From positions 143,787 through 207,786 of the forward strand of contig CAVWFS010000016.1 in assembly GCA_963754315.1 (NCBI GenBank): 64,000 nucleotides of DNA. Reading direction: 5' to 3'. This DNA comes from an uncultured Candidatus Rokubacteria bacterium. Its GTDB lineage: Bacteria; Methylomirabilota; Methylomirabilia; Rokubacteriales; CSP1-6. Below the pieces are notes generated by a model. The model made no database searches. It saw only the letters and a program-made list of their open reading frames with translations, and was not told the origin of the DNA. Both the position numbers and the translations under genes were made by a program. Positions 50,992 through 61,813 of the stretch are shown piece after piece (within the stretch, counting starts at the first letter, position 1; each line of letters begins with the position of its first letter).

Positions 50992-53900
50992 TTACTGCGC
51001 ATACTGGAGCTTGGCGTAGGTATACTGGCGGACCCCTTCCCACCCGAAGCGGAGCTGGGCGCGCTCCCGCCAGGAGCGTGGGTGGTGCGTTTCGAAGATG
51101 CCAACGGCCAGGGGCGTCGGGCCGGCGAGGCGGAGGGTGAGCACAAGGGCCTGCCCGGCCGAATGCGCGAGGGGTTCGAAAGGCAGCTCGATCCACGTGC
51201 CGGCGGCGCCGATCACCGTGAACGGGACTTCGCCCTGGCGGAGAGGGTGCGCGCCCGGGAGGCCGAGCGTGAAGGCGAGGTGGCCAGCGAGAGGCGCCTC
51301 GAGGGGGCTGCCCATCAGCACGGCCACGCGGGTCAAGCCATCGAGCTGCGGCCGTAAGGCGTACGCGCGCGCCCGCTCGAGGGAGACGTAGTCGAGCGGA
51401 GGGGCCCCGATCGTCTGGACGATGTCCAGGGGCGCGGCCTGGTCCGAGGCAGGGACGGAATCGGCGCCCGGCGTCGGGAGCAGGGGCGGAAGCCGCGTCG
51501 GGAGCCGCAGCGGAATCCGCGTCGGGCGCAGCGAAGAGTCAGCCGCCGCTCAGGGCGTGAAGCGCGGCGGCGGCTCAAGAGCCTTGAGGTACATCGTCAG
51601 CAGGTCATTGGCCGCCCGGTTGGGATGGAACTCGGCCCGGGCGATTCGGCGGGCGGCCTCGACGATTCGACGATAGGCGGCTTCATCGAGAGCGGCCGCG
51701 CGCCGGATGCCCTGGGCGATGGCGTCGACGTCGGTTCCCGCACACAGGATGCCGGTTTCTCCGTCGAGGATGAGCTCGGGAATCCCGCCAATCGGGGTGG
51801 CGACCACCAAGAGGCCCGCCGCCATGGCCTCCTTGAGGGCGCTGGGGAAGCTCTCTTCCGTGGAGAGGCTGAGCACGGCATCGGCGTCGGCGAGGACCCG
51901 CCACGTCTGGGCCACGAAACCATGAACGGCGACGCGCTCCTGGAGGCCCCAGTGGGCGATGAGCTGCTGGCAGCGGGCGAGGTAGTCCGGGAAGAAGTGG
52001 GTATATCCGTAGAGGTCGAGGCGGCAGTCGAGTCCGGCCTGGGCCAGGCGCCCCACCGCCTCAATGGTCTCGGCTTGCCGCTTGCGCGGCTGGAGGGTTC
52101 CGGTGACGACGAGGCGCAAGGGGCCGGCCCGCCACGGCTGGTCGGGGGAGCGGCGGCGAACGGAGCGCTCAAAGCCGAGGCGGAAGAACTCGGGCGGGGC
52201 CACCTCGCGGGCGCAGAAGCCTTCGGTGCCGAGCAGATCGGACCAGCGGGCGGTGAAGCGAAGGCTGTCGGACTGCGTGAGCCGGCAATGGGGCGCGGTC
52301 AGGGTCGCGGGGGAGCGAGGGAACCTCGTCGCCGACGTAATACAGGGAGGCGACGTGGGGGAGGTTGAGGTTCCGGCAGGCCTGACCCACGGCGGGAATG
52401 TAGGTGACACTGTGGACGAGGGCGGGCTGGTATTTCTCGAGGAGGCCCTGGATCTCCGGGATTTCTGGGTCCGGGGTGAACTCAGCCGCGTCCGGCGGGG
52501 CCGCGAAGCACGTGTAGTGCGCGGAGGCGAGCTCGATGTTCTCGCTGGCCAGCTCGGCCGCGAGCCGCCCGGCGTCCTGGGGAGTGCCGGACCGCTCCGG
52601 GGGATCACCACCACGGGCTCGATCCCATACTCGCGGGCGAGGCGGAGCCGCCGCCAGAGCTGGAGCTCGCCGCCCCCGTAGGCGGCGGAGTGCAGAAAGT
52701 ACACGACCCGCGGGCCGCCCGTCCGGGTGCCGCTGCGCGCGCGTGCGGGCATGGAACTCGGTGGCCCGCCAGGCCGCCTCGTGGCGGTCGATGAGGGCCG
52801 CGTTGGAGAACTCCTCGCGCACGTGCTGGAGGCACCGGCGACGCAGATCGTCGAAATCGCCGGCGGGCATGTCGATCAAGGTTTCCAGAGCTTCTTCCCA
52901 CTGCGCGGGTCGTTGGCCACCTTGAGACAGGTGAGCCCATGGGGGAGGGCGGCATAGGGGGGGACGTCGGAGAACACCCCCACGGCGCCGGCCACGGCGG
53001 CCTCCAGGTACTTGATGAGCGACTTGCCGAGCCGGGGGGTGGGGTGATCGAGGAGCGGGCAGAGGAGGATGTCGAACTGCGCCTTGTGCAGGCGGGTGAG
53101 GTACTCGAAGTAACTGAAGGTGAACGGCGTCTGGCGCACGGGAGAATCCAAGGGGGGGAACTGGCTCACATCGATCCCCCAGAACTCGAAGCACAGCCGG
53201 TCGCCATACTTGCGGGAGATCGCTTGCAGGGCCCCCCAGATGAGGGAGAAATCCTCCAACGATACCCTGACCCGGCGTATCCGATGCGCAGGGGCTGGCG
53301 GTCATCCCGCGGTGGGGGATCAGCGGCGACGTACTCGAGGGGGACGCTGTTGAGGTGGGGCACGGTCCGCGGGTTGTAGGGGGCGACCGAGCGAGGCGAT
53401 GGACTCGGTGGTGACCCAGACCGCGTCGGCGGCGCGGAGCATCTCGGCAAGATTCTGAAAGCCGGCGGTGCCAGGGGCGAGATAGTCGAAGGCGGAGCCG
53501 AACTGGTGAAAGGTGAGGAGATCGTCATCGAGATAGAATCCGAGCGGCTTGCCGGCTCGCCGGCGCTTGGGCGGCGAGCGGTTTGCCCTCGTCTCGATGA
53601 CGCGCACCAGGAGGAGGGCGTCGGCCTCGGTGGTCCATCGTTCCGTCACCTGGCCGAGGATCTGGAAGTGGCTCTTGTAGGAGCCGCGCCGGGCGGCGAG
53701 CGGTGTCGAAGTTATTCAGGGTGATGTCGTTCGAGACGTCGTAGGAGTTCTTCGTGTAGAGAACCGTCTTCGCCTGGCCCGGCAGCGAGGGCTGGAAACC
53801 CTCGATCTGGGGAAACTTGGCGCGGAAGCGTAGGTAGTAGGGCAGGATGTGGTGCGTCCACACGCGCCGGCGGAAATCCTTGGCGAGCGGGATGCCGCCA

Positions 53901-54700
53901 ATGGTGAGCGAGTCAACCTGGTAGTCGTGCCAGGCGGCGGGTGTCAGAAGCGCATCGCGGGGGATGTCGTGAAGGTAACGGAAGAGGGCGAGGTCCCACG
54001 GCACCGTGGTGCCGATGGAGCCGGGGTTGCTCTCATAGACGTCCGCGATGATCTCGTCGACGACGACGAACGGGATGTGCTTGATCAGCCGTAACCACAA
54101 GTCCCAATCGCACAGCCGCCGCATCGCGAGGTGCGGGTCGTACAGGCCAAAGCGGTCGAGGATCTCCCGCGCCAGCAGCACGCTGTTGTTGGCGAAGCGG
54201 TTCTGATGGTAGAGCGTGACGAGGTTCAGTTCCCCCTCGGGGATCACCCATTGCCCCGACGGCCCCGTATAATTCGCCTTCCCGATGGCCACGGCGGGGC
54301 GGTCCAGGTGGGTCGAGCGCTTCGGTGAGTCGGGCGAGCGCGTGCGGGCGCCAGGCATCATCATCGAACTGAAAGGCGAGGTAGCGGCCCCGCGCGAGCT
54401 CGATGCCCTCGTTCACACGCAAGCGGGGGGATCCCGCAGTTCACCTCGTGCCGCACGTGAACGACGCGGGCATCCCTGGCCCGGATGTCGTCGATGAGAT
54501 CGGCCGACCCGTCGGTCGAACCATCGTCCATCACCAGCGAGCTCCAGGTCGTCGAAGGACTGGGCCAGCACGCTCTCGATGGCCCGCTGGAGCTGGCCGG
54601 AGGCGCGGCGCCGGTAGGTCGGCAGGACCACCGACACGGCGGGGGAGGAGGGGGCCTCGCGCAGAGCGGAGGACCTGCTGGCCTTCGAGGAAGTCGACTG
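50992..54700 (-). CDS. Large multidomain glycosyltransferase: GT2 + GT4-like + GT4 + linker + beta-sandwich (many apparent frameshifts)
   Basis: VSVVLPTY...DDGSTD, FQFDDD, CDWDLWLR; GKSLIKYLEAA; SAAYGGGE, EESFPSALKEAMAAG; tail WIELPFEPLAHSAG; start position approximate. Confidence 0.75.
50997..51130. repeat. Diverged direct repeat copy 2 (3' end of the large GT gene)
   Basis: Encodes LAVGIFETHHPRSWRERAQLRFGWEGVRQYTYAKLQYA; homologous to 49646-49778. Confidence 0.9.
51457..51535 (-). repeat. Three imperfect 21-30 nt tandem repeats encoding an Ala/Pro/Asp/Ser linker
   Basis: Repeated GCGTCGGG(A/C)GC core on the + strand; reads AAPDADS-AAAPDAAS-APAPDA on the - strand. Confidence 0.7.
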
Positions 54701-54715
54701 ACGCGCAGCACGCTT

Positions 54716-56443
54716 CAGGCCCCTCTGGTCGTGGAACGTCCGGAACCAGAGCTCCAGGGAGACGAGCGCGTGCAGGCGACGGTCGTACTCGTTGTCCTCG
54801 GGCGTCTCGATCGGGATCTCGAGCTGTCGCCGCCGCAGCGATTCGACGAGCGCCTGACTCCACCCCCGCAGCTCGCGCTGCAACCAGATGGGCAGGGGGC
54901 TGACCATGCCCATCTTGTCGCGTCGGTCGACGAGGTCGGCCGGCAGGAACTCGCGGGCGACCTCGCGGAGGATCCATTTCGTCACGCCGCCCTCACGGAT
55001 CTTCATGCGCCCGGGCAGACGGAAGGCGAACTCGACGATGCGGTGATCGAGGAACGGGGATCGGCTCTCGAGGCCGACGTGGGCGCAGCCGCGGTCGTCC
55101 ATGGTGATGAGGTCAGGCAGGGTGATCGTCACATCGGTCCAGCCCATCTGGGCCACCAGATCGCGATGCTGGGCAAAGCATTGACGCACGAGCTCCAGCG
55201 GGCGTGAGGTCTGGGGCGGCACGCGCTGGTTCATCTGCAGATAGCGGAGGGCCGGCTCGCCGAACATCGACGGGTGCCAGAGGCGTCGGGCCACGGCGGC
55301 GTACTGGACGAAGAGAGGGTCTTGGCCGAGCGCCGCCTCGTGGTGGAGCAGGACGTAGCGGATGTAGCCGCCAAAGAGCTCGTCGGCCCCCTGGCCATTG
55401 AGAACCACCTTGACGTGTGAGCGGGCCGCCCGGGCCAGCACGAAACTGGACAGCAGCGAGGCGGCGATGGGCTGATCGATATGATAGGCGATCGTCTCCA
55501 GGAGGGCCGGGGCCTCCTCCGGCTGCAGGGTGGTGAAGATCTGCTCGGCCTCGATGTGCGCGGCCACCCGGCGCGCGGGCTCTCGCTCGTCGAACTTCCC
55601 GGGTAATCGTAGTAGCTGGTGAACACCACGCCCGGCCTGCGCGATGCAGGCGATCAGAGAACTGTCGAGCCCGCCGGAGAGATACATACCCACCGGCACA
55701 TCGGCCTGCAGACGCATCTCGACTGCGTCGACGATCAAGTCGCGCAGCTCGCGGATGGCCGCCGCCTCGGTGATTCCCTCGTCGACCCGGTCAGGGGGCG
55801 CCCAGTATCGATGAACGGCGACCCCACCGTCTCGGACAAGAAGGAAATGAGCCGGCGGCAGGCGCATGACCCCCTCGAAGAGGGTGTCGTCTGAGAGGGT
55901 GTTTTCGAAGACCAGAAAGTCCGGCGGAATGCGGGGGACGGCAGGCACCTGGGTCAAGAGGCTCTTGATCTCCGACGCGAAGTAGAAGGCCCCGGCGTAG
56001 CGGGTGTAGTACAGGGGCTTCTCGCCCATTCGGTCGCGCGCCGCAAAGAGCTGACGGCCGTCCCAGATGGCGAAGGCGAACATGCCGTTCAGGCGGTCGA
56101 GGAGTCGCACCCCCCATTCCTCGTAGGCGTGCACGAGGATCTCGGTATCCGATTTCGTCCGGAAGCTGTGGCCCGCGTGGAGAAGCTCTCGCCGGAGCTC
56201 CTGGTAGTTGTAGATCATCCCGTTGAAGACGACGTGAATGCGATCGTCCTCGTTCGACATCGGCTGGTGCCCGCCGGCCAGATCGATGATGGCGAGCCGC
56301 CGATGGCCGAGCCCCACCCCTCGGTCCAGCCACATCCCCTCGTCATCGGGACCGCGATGGGCCAGGGACGTCATCATGGCCTGGACCGGCGCGGGGGCGA
56401 CTATCGACCCGTCGAAGCGTACGATCCCGCAGATGCCGCACAT
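54716..56443 (-). CDS. asnB: Asparagine synthase (glutamine-hydrolysing)-family amidotransferase; 3' end approximate
   Basis: MCGICG, HRGPDD, LGHRRLAIID, GMFAFAIWD, LSGGLDSS, GQGADELFGGY, ESRSPFLD. Confidence 0.92.
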
Positions 56444-56566
56444 GGCTCAGCGCGTCTCAGGGCTCGGCAGGACGCTCCCCTCGAGCGAATCTGACCCCCA
56501 TTCGGGCAAAATCGTAGCATAATCTTCACCGTAGCCTTGCCATCGCAGTAGAGGAGCGGCCGATCG

Positions 56567-57694
56567 ATGGAACCGATCCAGCTGTTTCTTCCAACCTTCC
56601 GCATCGACGAGACGCTGGCGGAGATCCGCGAGTGCTTGGAGAAAGGCTGGACAGGCCTCGGCTACAAGACGATTGAGTTCGAGGAGGCGTGGCAGCGGTA
56701 CACGGGTCTCCCCCATGCCCACTTCTTGAACTCGGCCACGGCCGGACTGCACCTGGCCGTTCGGCTGCTGAAGGAGCACCACGGCTGGGCCGACGGCGAC
56801 GAGGTGATCAGCACGCCGCTCACCTTCGTGTCGACCAACCACGCGATCCTCTACGAAAACCTCCGGGTGGTTTTCGCCGACGTGGACGAGTACTTGTGCC
56901 TCGATCCCGAGTCCGTCCTGGAGCGCATCACGCCCCGCACGCGGGCCGTGATGTTCGTGGGGTTGGGGGGTAACACGGGGCGCCTGGAGGAGATCGCGCA
57001 GCTGTGCCGCGCGCGCGGGCTCTCGCTCATCCTCGACGCCTCGCACATGGCGGGGACGCGATGGCACGGCCGTCACGTGGGCGCGGAGGCCGACGTGGCG
57101 GTGTTCAGCTTCCAGGCGGTCAAGAACCTTCCGACGGCGGACTCCGGGATGATATGTTTCGCCGACCCCGAGCTGGACGCGGAAGTGCGCCGATGGACGT
57201 GGGTCGGGATCAGCAAGGACACCTACACGCGCACCGCCAGCCAGGGCGCCTACAAGTGGCATTACGACGTCGACCACCTCGGGTTCAAGTACCACGGCAA
57301 CTCGATCATGGCGGCGATGGGCCTGGTGGCCCTCAAGTACGTCGACTACGATAACGCCTACCGGCGCTCGTTGTGCGGCTGGTACGATGAGCTGCTCGAC
57401 GAGAAGGTGCAGCGCGTTCCCGTGCGGGACGGTTGCGAGTCAGCCCGCCACCTCTACCAGATCCTGGTCGAGCACCGGGATCACGTGATGCTCGGTCTTC
57501 ATGAGTACCAGATATATCCTGGCGTGCACTATCGGGACAACACGACGTACCCCATGTATGCCTCCATGCGCGGCACCTGTCCCCGTGCCCTGGACGCCAG
57601 CACCCGCATCATCTCGCTGCCGCTGCACATGCGCCTCACCCGGGAAGACGTCGCCCGTGTCAGCCAGGCCCTGAGGGAGATCTTGGCCCGGTAG
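56567..57694 (+). CDS. DegT/DnrJ/EryC1/StrS sugar aminotransferase
   Basis: NSATAGLHLA, TPLTFVST, DASHMAG, FSFQAVKNLPTADSG, SLPLH. Confidence 0.93.
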   Translation: MEPIQLFLPTFRIDETLAEIRECLEKGWTGLGYKTIEFEEAWQRYTGLPHAHFLNSATAGLHLAVRLLKEHHGWADGDEVISTPLTFVSTNHAILYENLRVVFADVDEYLCLDPESVLERITPRTRAVMFVGLGGNTGRLEEIAQLCRARGLSLILDASHMAGTRWHGRHVGAEADVAVFSFQAVKNLPTADSGMICFADPELDAEVRRWTWVGISKDTYTRTASQGAYKWHYDVDHLGFKYHGNSIMAAMGLVALKYVDYDNAYRRSLCGWYDELLDEKVQRVPVRDGCESARHLYQILVEHRDHVMLGLHEYQIYPGVHYRDNTTYPMYASMRGTCPRALDASTRIISLPLHMRLTREDVARVSQALREILAR

Positions 57695-57720
57695 GGCGCA
57701 CGCGTCCGACACGACCGAAG

Positions 57721-58236
57721 GTGGCCAAGCGAACCTTTCCGCCGCTCGTCGGCGACCGTGTGCGATTGCGGCTGCTCGAGGAAGCGGACTTGCCGCAGAC
57801 GCGCGCCTGGCGGAACCAGGCACACATCCGCCGCTGGTTTGTGAACTCCAGTGTGATCGAGCCCGAGCAGCATCAGAGGTGGTTCGAGGCCTACCGCGAC
57901 CGCGACGACGACTTCGTGTTCATCATCGAGGAGACGCAGGATCTGCGCAAGCCGATTGGTCAGGTCGCGCTCTATCGGATCGACTGGGATCGCGGCCAGG
58001 CGGAGTATGGACGCCTCATGATCGGCGAAGCTGACGCGGCGGGCCGCGGCCTGGCCCACGAGGCCACGGACGTCCTCCTTCGATTTGCCATCACGACTTT
58101 GAAGATGCGCGAGATCGAGCTGGAGGTCTTCGCCGATAACGCGGCCGCCATCCGGATCTACACCGAGGTGCGGCTTTCGTGTTCAGGAACGATCCGGCCC
58201 CTGCTCCGTATGGTGCGTGATGGCGTGCCCACCTGA
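57721..58236 (+). CDS. GNAT acetyltransferase (PseH/RimJ-like); C-terminal frameshift likely
   Basis: LRLLEEADL..TRAWRN, IGQVAL, AEYGRLMIGE...GRGLA, EVFADNAAAIRIY. Confidence 0.85.
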   Translation: MAKRTFPPLVGDRVRLRLLEEADLPQTRAWRNQAHIRRWFVNSSVIEPEQHQRWFEAYRDRDDDFVFIIEETQDLRKPIGQVALYRIDWDRGQAEYGRLMIGEADAAGRGLAHEATDVLLRFAITTLKMREIELEVFADNAAAIRIYTEVRLSCSGTIRPLLRMVRDGVPT

Positions 58237-58249
58237 CGAGGCGCTGACC

Positions 58250-59256
58250 ATGTCCATGCGCGTCAGCGTCGCCATAGTCACCTGGAACTCGGCGCGCTTC
58301 ATCGACGCATTGCCTGAGAACTCTGGCCCAGCAGGACCACCCGGGCCTCGAAGTCATCGTGGTGGACAATGGGTCCACGGACGCGACACAAGACCTCCTG
58401 CGGCGATCCTCGGTGCCGAGCCACGTCCACTTCAACCCCGATAACCGTGGGTTTGCTGCCGGCCAGAATCAGGCCGATGGCCAAATCGCTGGGTGATGTC
58501 GTGCTCGTGCTCAACCCCGATACCTTGCTCACCCCGTCATTCGTGGGAGCCGCGCTGACGGGATTTGCGGCGGCGCCGCGGGTGGGCATGGTCGCGCCCA
58601 AGCTCCGGCGAACCACGGACGCCTTCGACATCCCGGCTCCCGGCGACGCCTACATCGATTCGGCGGGGATGTTCCTCACGGCCTCGTTGCGGCATTTCGA
58701 TCGGGGAGCAGGCGAGCGGGACCGGGGACAATACGAACGCCTGGAGCGCGTGTTTGGCCCGACCGGGGCGGCGGCCTTCTACAGCCGTGATCTCATCGAG
58801 GACGTCAAGGTCGACGGAGAGTTCTTCGACGAGCTCTTCTTTGCCTACCGGGAGGACGCCGATCTCGCCTGGCGGGCCCGCCTTTTGGGCTGGGACTGCG
58901 TCTATGTGCCGCACGCCGTGGCCTACCACATGCGCCGGGCGCGCCCCGAGTCAGGACGTACGCAGCCCGCCGACATCAATCGTCACTCGGTCAAGAACCG
59001 GTTTCTGATGCGGATCAAGAACATCACTCCGGACCTCTACGCGCGGGTGCTGGTGCCGGCGACCTTGCGCGATCTGATGGTGCTGGCTGGCGTGCTCACC
59101 ATCGAGCGCCAGTCGCTGCCAGCCCTGGTGGCAGTCGCCCGCAATCTGCCGCGGCTGCTGCGGGCTCGGCGAGAGATCCAGAGACGTCGCCGACCCCAGC
59201 CTCTCCCATTGCGGCGGTGGATCGGCCGCCGATCGATGGCGCTGGGAGAGTGGTGA
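58250..59256 (+). CDS. GT2 family glycosyltransferase (apparent frameshifts at 58300-58470)
   Basis: VSVAIVTWNS, VVDNGSTD, NRGFAAGQN, LNPDT, GAAAFY, FFAYREDADLAWR. Confidence 0.88.
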
Positions 59257-59325
59257 GAGCGGGGGCAGAGGGATCAGCGGATCGAGGCGGCTTGCATCTC
59301 TGTTAGAGAAGGCAGACAAGGCCGC

Positions 59326-60354
59326 TCATCGTGGAGGATCGGGCAATTGGGTTCGGGGACGATCGAAACCCAGCGCGATGCCAAGCACGGCCACATACGC
59401 GCGGGCCGCATCGCCACGGGACGCTGGCGCCGCGAATCGAAATGGGAGCCCCAGGAGCCGCAGGACCATGCCGGTCGCGAGAAGCGAGCGGTAGGCTACG
59501 CGGGCGGGTAGGCCGTAGCGGACGCGCCGATACCGCATGGCGTTGCGATAGAAGAGAGGAAGGAAGCGCTGGTAACCAAGGCGTAGAGCCGACACGCCCC
59601 CCCGATGCCGCACGCGTGCCTCCGGCAGGTAGAGAATCTTGCCCTCCCTCCCGAGCCGGGCGCAAAGGTCCACATCCTCGTACCAGGCCGGAGTGTAGCG
59701 TTCGTCAAAGCCCCCGCAGCGGACGAAGGCGTCTTTGCGTACCGCGAGCGCGGCCGCGGCCGCCTGCTCGACAGGGAATGTGGTGCCGCGATCGGCATCT
59801 CCGTACCGGGAGCGCCGGCGGCCACGGTGGTTCGGCGCAAGGTGGTCGATCAACAGGAGCTCGCTGGCATCCGCGGCGAGCGTCGGCAACCGTCGAAGCT
59901 GGAACGTTGCCTGGTCTTCCTCGTCTGGCGGCGCCAGCCGCAGCGGGCCGTCGGGAGCGGTCGAGCCGTCCATCTCGACGAGGCGCGGTGCGACGGCCAC
60001 CACGTGAGGATTGGCCGTGAAAGCCCGAGCGATCGCGGGAAACAGGTCGCCCTCGGCGAGCGTGTCCGGGTTGAGAAAGAGCAGGATCTGCCCGGCGGCG
60101 ACCTGCGCCGCCTGGTTGGCGGCCGGTCCGAACCCCCGGTTGTTCTGGTTCACCAGAATGGTGGCGTTCGGCCAGAGCGCGCGAACCGTGTCAGGCGACA
60201 CTCGCCCGCCGCTGTTGTCGACGATCACGAGCGACACCGAGGGGCCGTTTGGACCGACCCGGGCCTGGGCCGCCGAAAGCGACGCGACCGACGCCAAGAG
60301 CTCGTCGGCGTCGTGCCAGGAAACGAGGATCGCCGTAATTTCGCGGATGGTCAC
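59326..60354 (-). CDS. GT2 family glycosyltransferase (WbbL/rhamnosyltransferase-like)
   Basis: IVDNSG, NRGFGPAAN, FLNPD, GGFDERY...WYEDVDLC; start uncertain (GTG 60354 or ATG 60387). Confidence 0.88.
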   Translation of the reverse strand: MTIREITAILVSWHDADELLASVASLSAAQARVGPNGPSVSLVIVDNSGGRVSPDTVRALWPNATILVNQNNRGFGPAANQAAQVAAGQILLFLNPDTLAEGDLFPAIARAFTANPHVVAVAPRLVEMDGSTAPDGPLRLAPPDEEDQATFQLRRLPTLAADASELLLIDHLAPNHRGRRRSRYGDADRGTTFPVEQAAAAALAVRKDAFVRCGGFDERYTPAWYEDVDLCARLGREGKILYLPEARVRHRGGVSALRLGYQRFLPLFYRNAMRYRRVRYGLPARVAYRSLLATGMVLRLLGLPFRFAAPASRGDAARAYVAVLGIALGFDRPRTQLPDPPR

Positions 60355-60485
60355 TGAGTCCCGGCGGAGCCCACAGATTTGGCGCATGCTAGCACACGCC
60401 TCGGAGCCCGTTGGAGGGGTTTCGCCTGCCCTACGAGAAAGACGTGGCACCCAAGCGTCTCCGGAGACTATTCTTGCCTCTCGGG

Positions 60486-61813
60486 GTGAGCGAGATCGAC
60501 CTTTCCGTCGTCATTCCAGCGCTCGACGAAGGGAAGAACCTTGCTCTCTTGCTGCCCCAGCTCCAGGAGGTCCTGGAGACGCTCGACGCGCGGACCGAGA
60601 TCATCATCGTCACCCAGCGGCCCGACCGCGCGACGGTGGAGGCCGCCGCGGGTGCCGGCGCGCGGGTCGTCGAGCAACGGGAACGCGGATATGGCGGGGC
60701 GCTTCTCACGGGGTTCGCGAGCGCCAAGGGAAGCCACGTGCTGACCATGGACGCGGACCTCTCACACCCCCCCACCTTCGTCCACGAGCTTTGGAAGCGC
60801 CGACACCAGAGCCCAGATCACCATCGCCTCCCGCTACATCGCCGGGGGGACGGCCGAGATGCCACGGGTCCGCTACGTGCTGAGCCGCACACTCAATGCG
60901 CTCTTCAACCGTGGACTCAGCGTCGGTGTCCGAGACCTGTCCAGCGGGTTTCGCCTCTACGACACGGCTGTCATCCGGCACCAGTCCTACGAAGGGCGGG
61001 ATTTCGATATCCTCCAGGAGATCCTCGTCCGAGCCCTCGCCGAGGGCTGGCGAATCCAGGAGGTACCATTCGCGTACGCGCCGCGCAAGCACGGCGGTTC
61101 GCACGCTCGCGTGTTCAAGTTTGGGCGCGCCTACCTTCGCCGATTCTGGTCGCTCTGGAGGCTTCGTAACTCGATCCTGGCCGCCGACTACGACGATCGC
61201 GCCCATGATAGCGCCATCTGGCTCCAGCGTTACTGGCAGCGACGCCGCTACCAGCACGTGACAGAGCTCATCGCGGGGCAGGGACCCGTCCTCGACGTCG
61301 GCTGCGGGTCGAGCCGAATCATCGGCGCCCTGCCGCCGGGCAGCGTGGCCGTCGACATTCTTCTGCGCAAGCTGCGCTATGCGCAGCGATTCGGCCGCCA
61401 CCTCGTGCAGGCATCGGGTTTCCAGCTGCCCTTTGCTGATCGATCGTTTCCCTGCGTGGTGTGCTCGCAGGTGATCGAGCACGTGCCGAAGGATTCGCCG
61501 ATTCTCGATGAGCTGGTCCGTGTCCTCCAGCCTGGCGGCCGGCTCGTTCTGGGCACGCCCGACTACGGGAACTGGCAGTGGGTCTGGATCGAGAAAGCCT
61601 ACGCGCATGGCCGCACCCGGCGGCTACGCTCACGAGCATATCGCGCACTACACGTACCAGGAGCTGATGGAGATCGTGCCACGGCGGGGACTCACGTTCG
61701 AGACCGCGCGCTACATCCTTCGCGGCGAGCTGATCATGGCGTTCAGGAAGAATCGCGAGGGGGCGGCGGCTCTCGCTGATGAGGGAACGAGGCGGCCTTC
61801 CTCGCGATGCTGA
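60486..61813 (+). CDS. DPM1-like polyprenyl-phosphate glycosyltransferase fused to a class I SAM methyltransferase domain (apparent frameshifts near 60815 and 61605)
   Basis: SVVIPALDE, GYGGAL, MDADLSHPP, DLSSGFRLY, then in one continuous frame LDVGCGS, LPF, SQVIEHV, RVLQPGGRL. Confidence 0.85.

Noticed and set aside
54413..56443. AsnB-GT2 fusion
   Set aside because: The region is dense in indels, AsnB homology ends at LELWFRTF and a TGA lies one frame away near 54716; a fusion cannot be supported without polishing.
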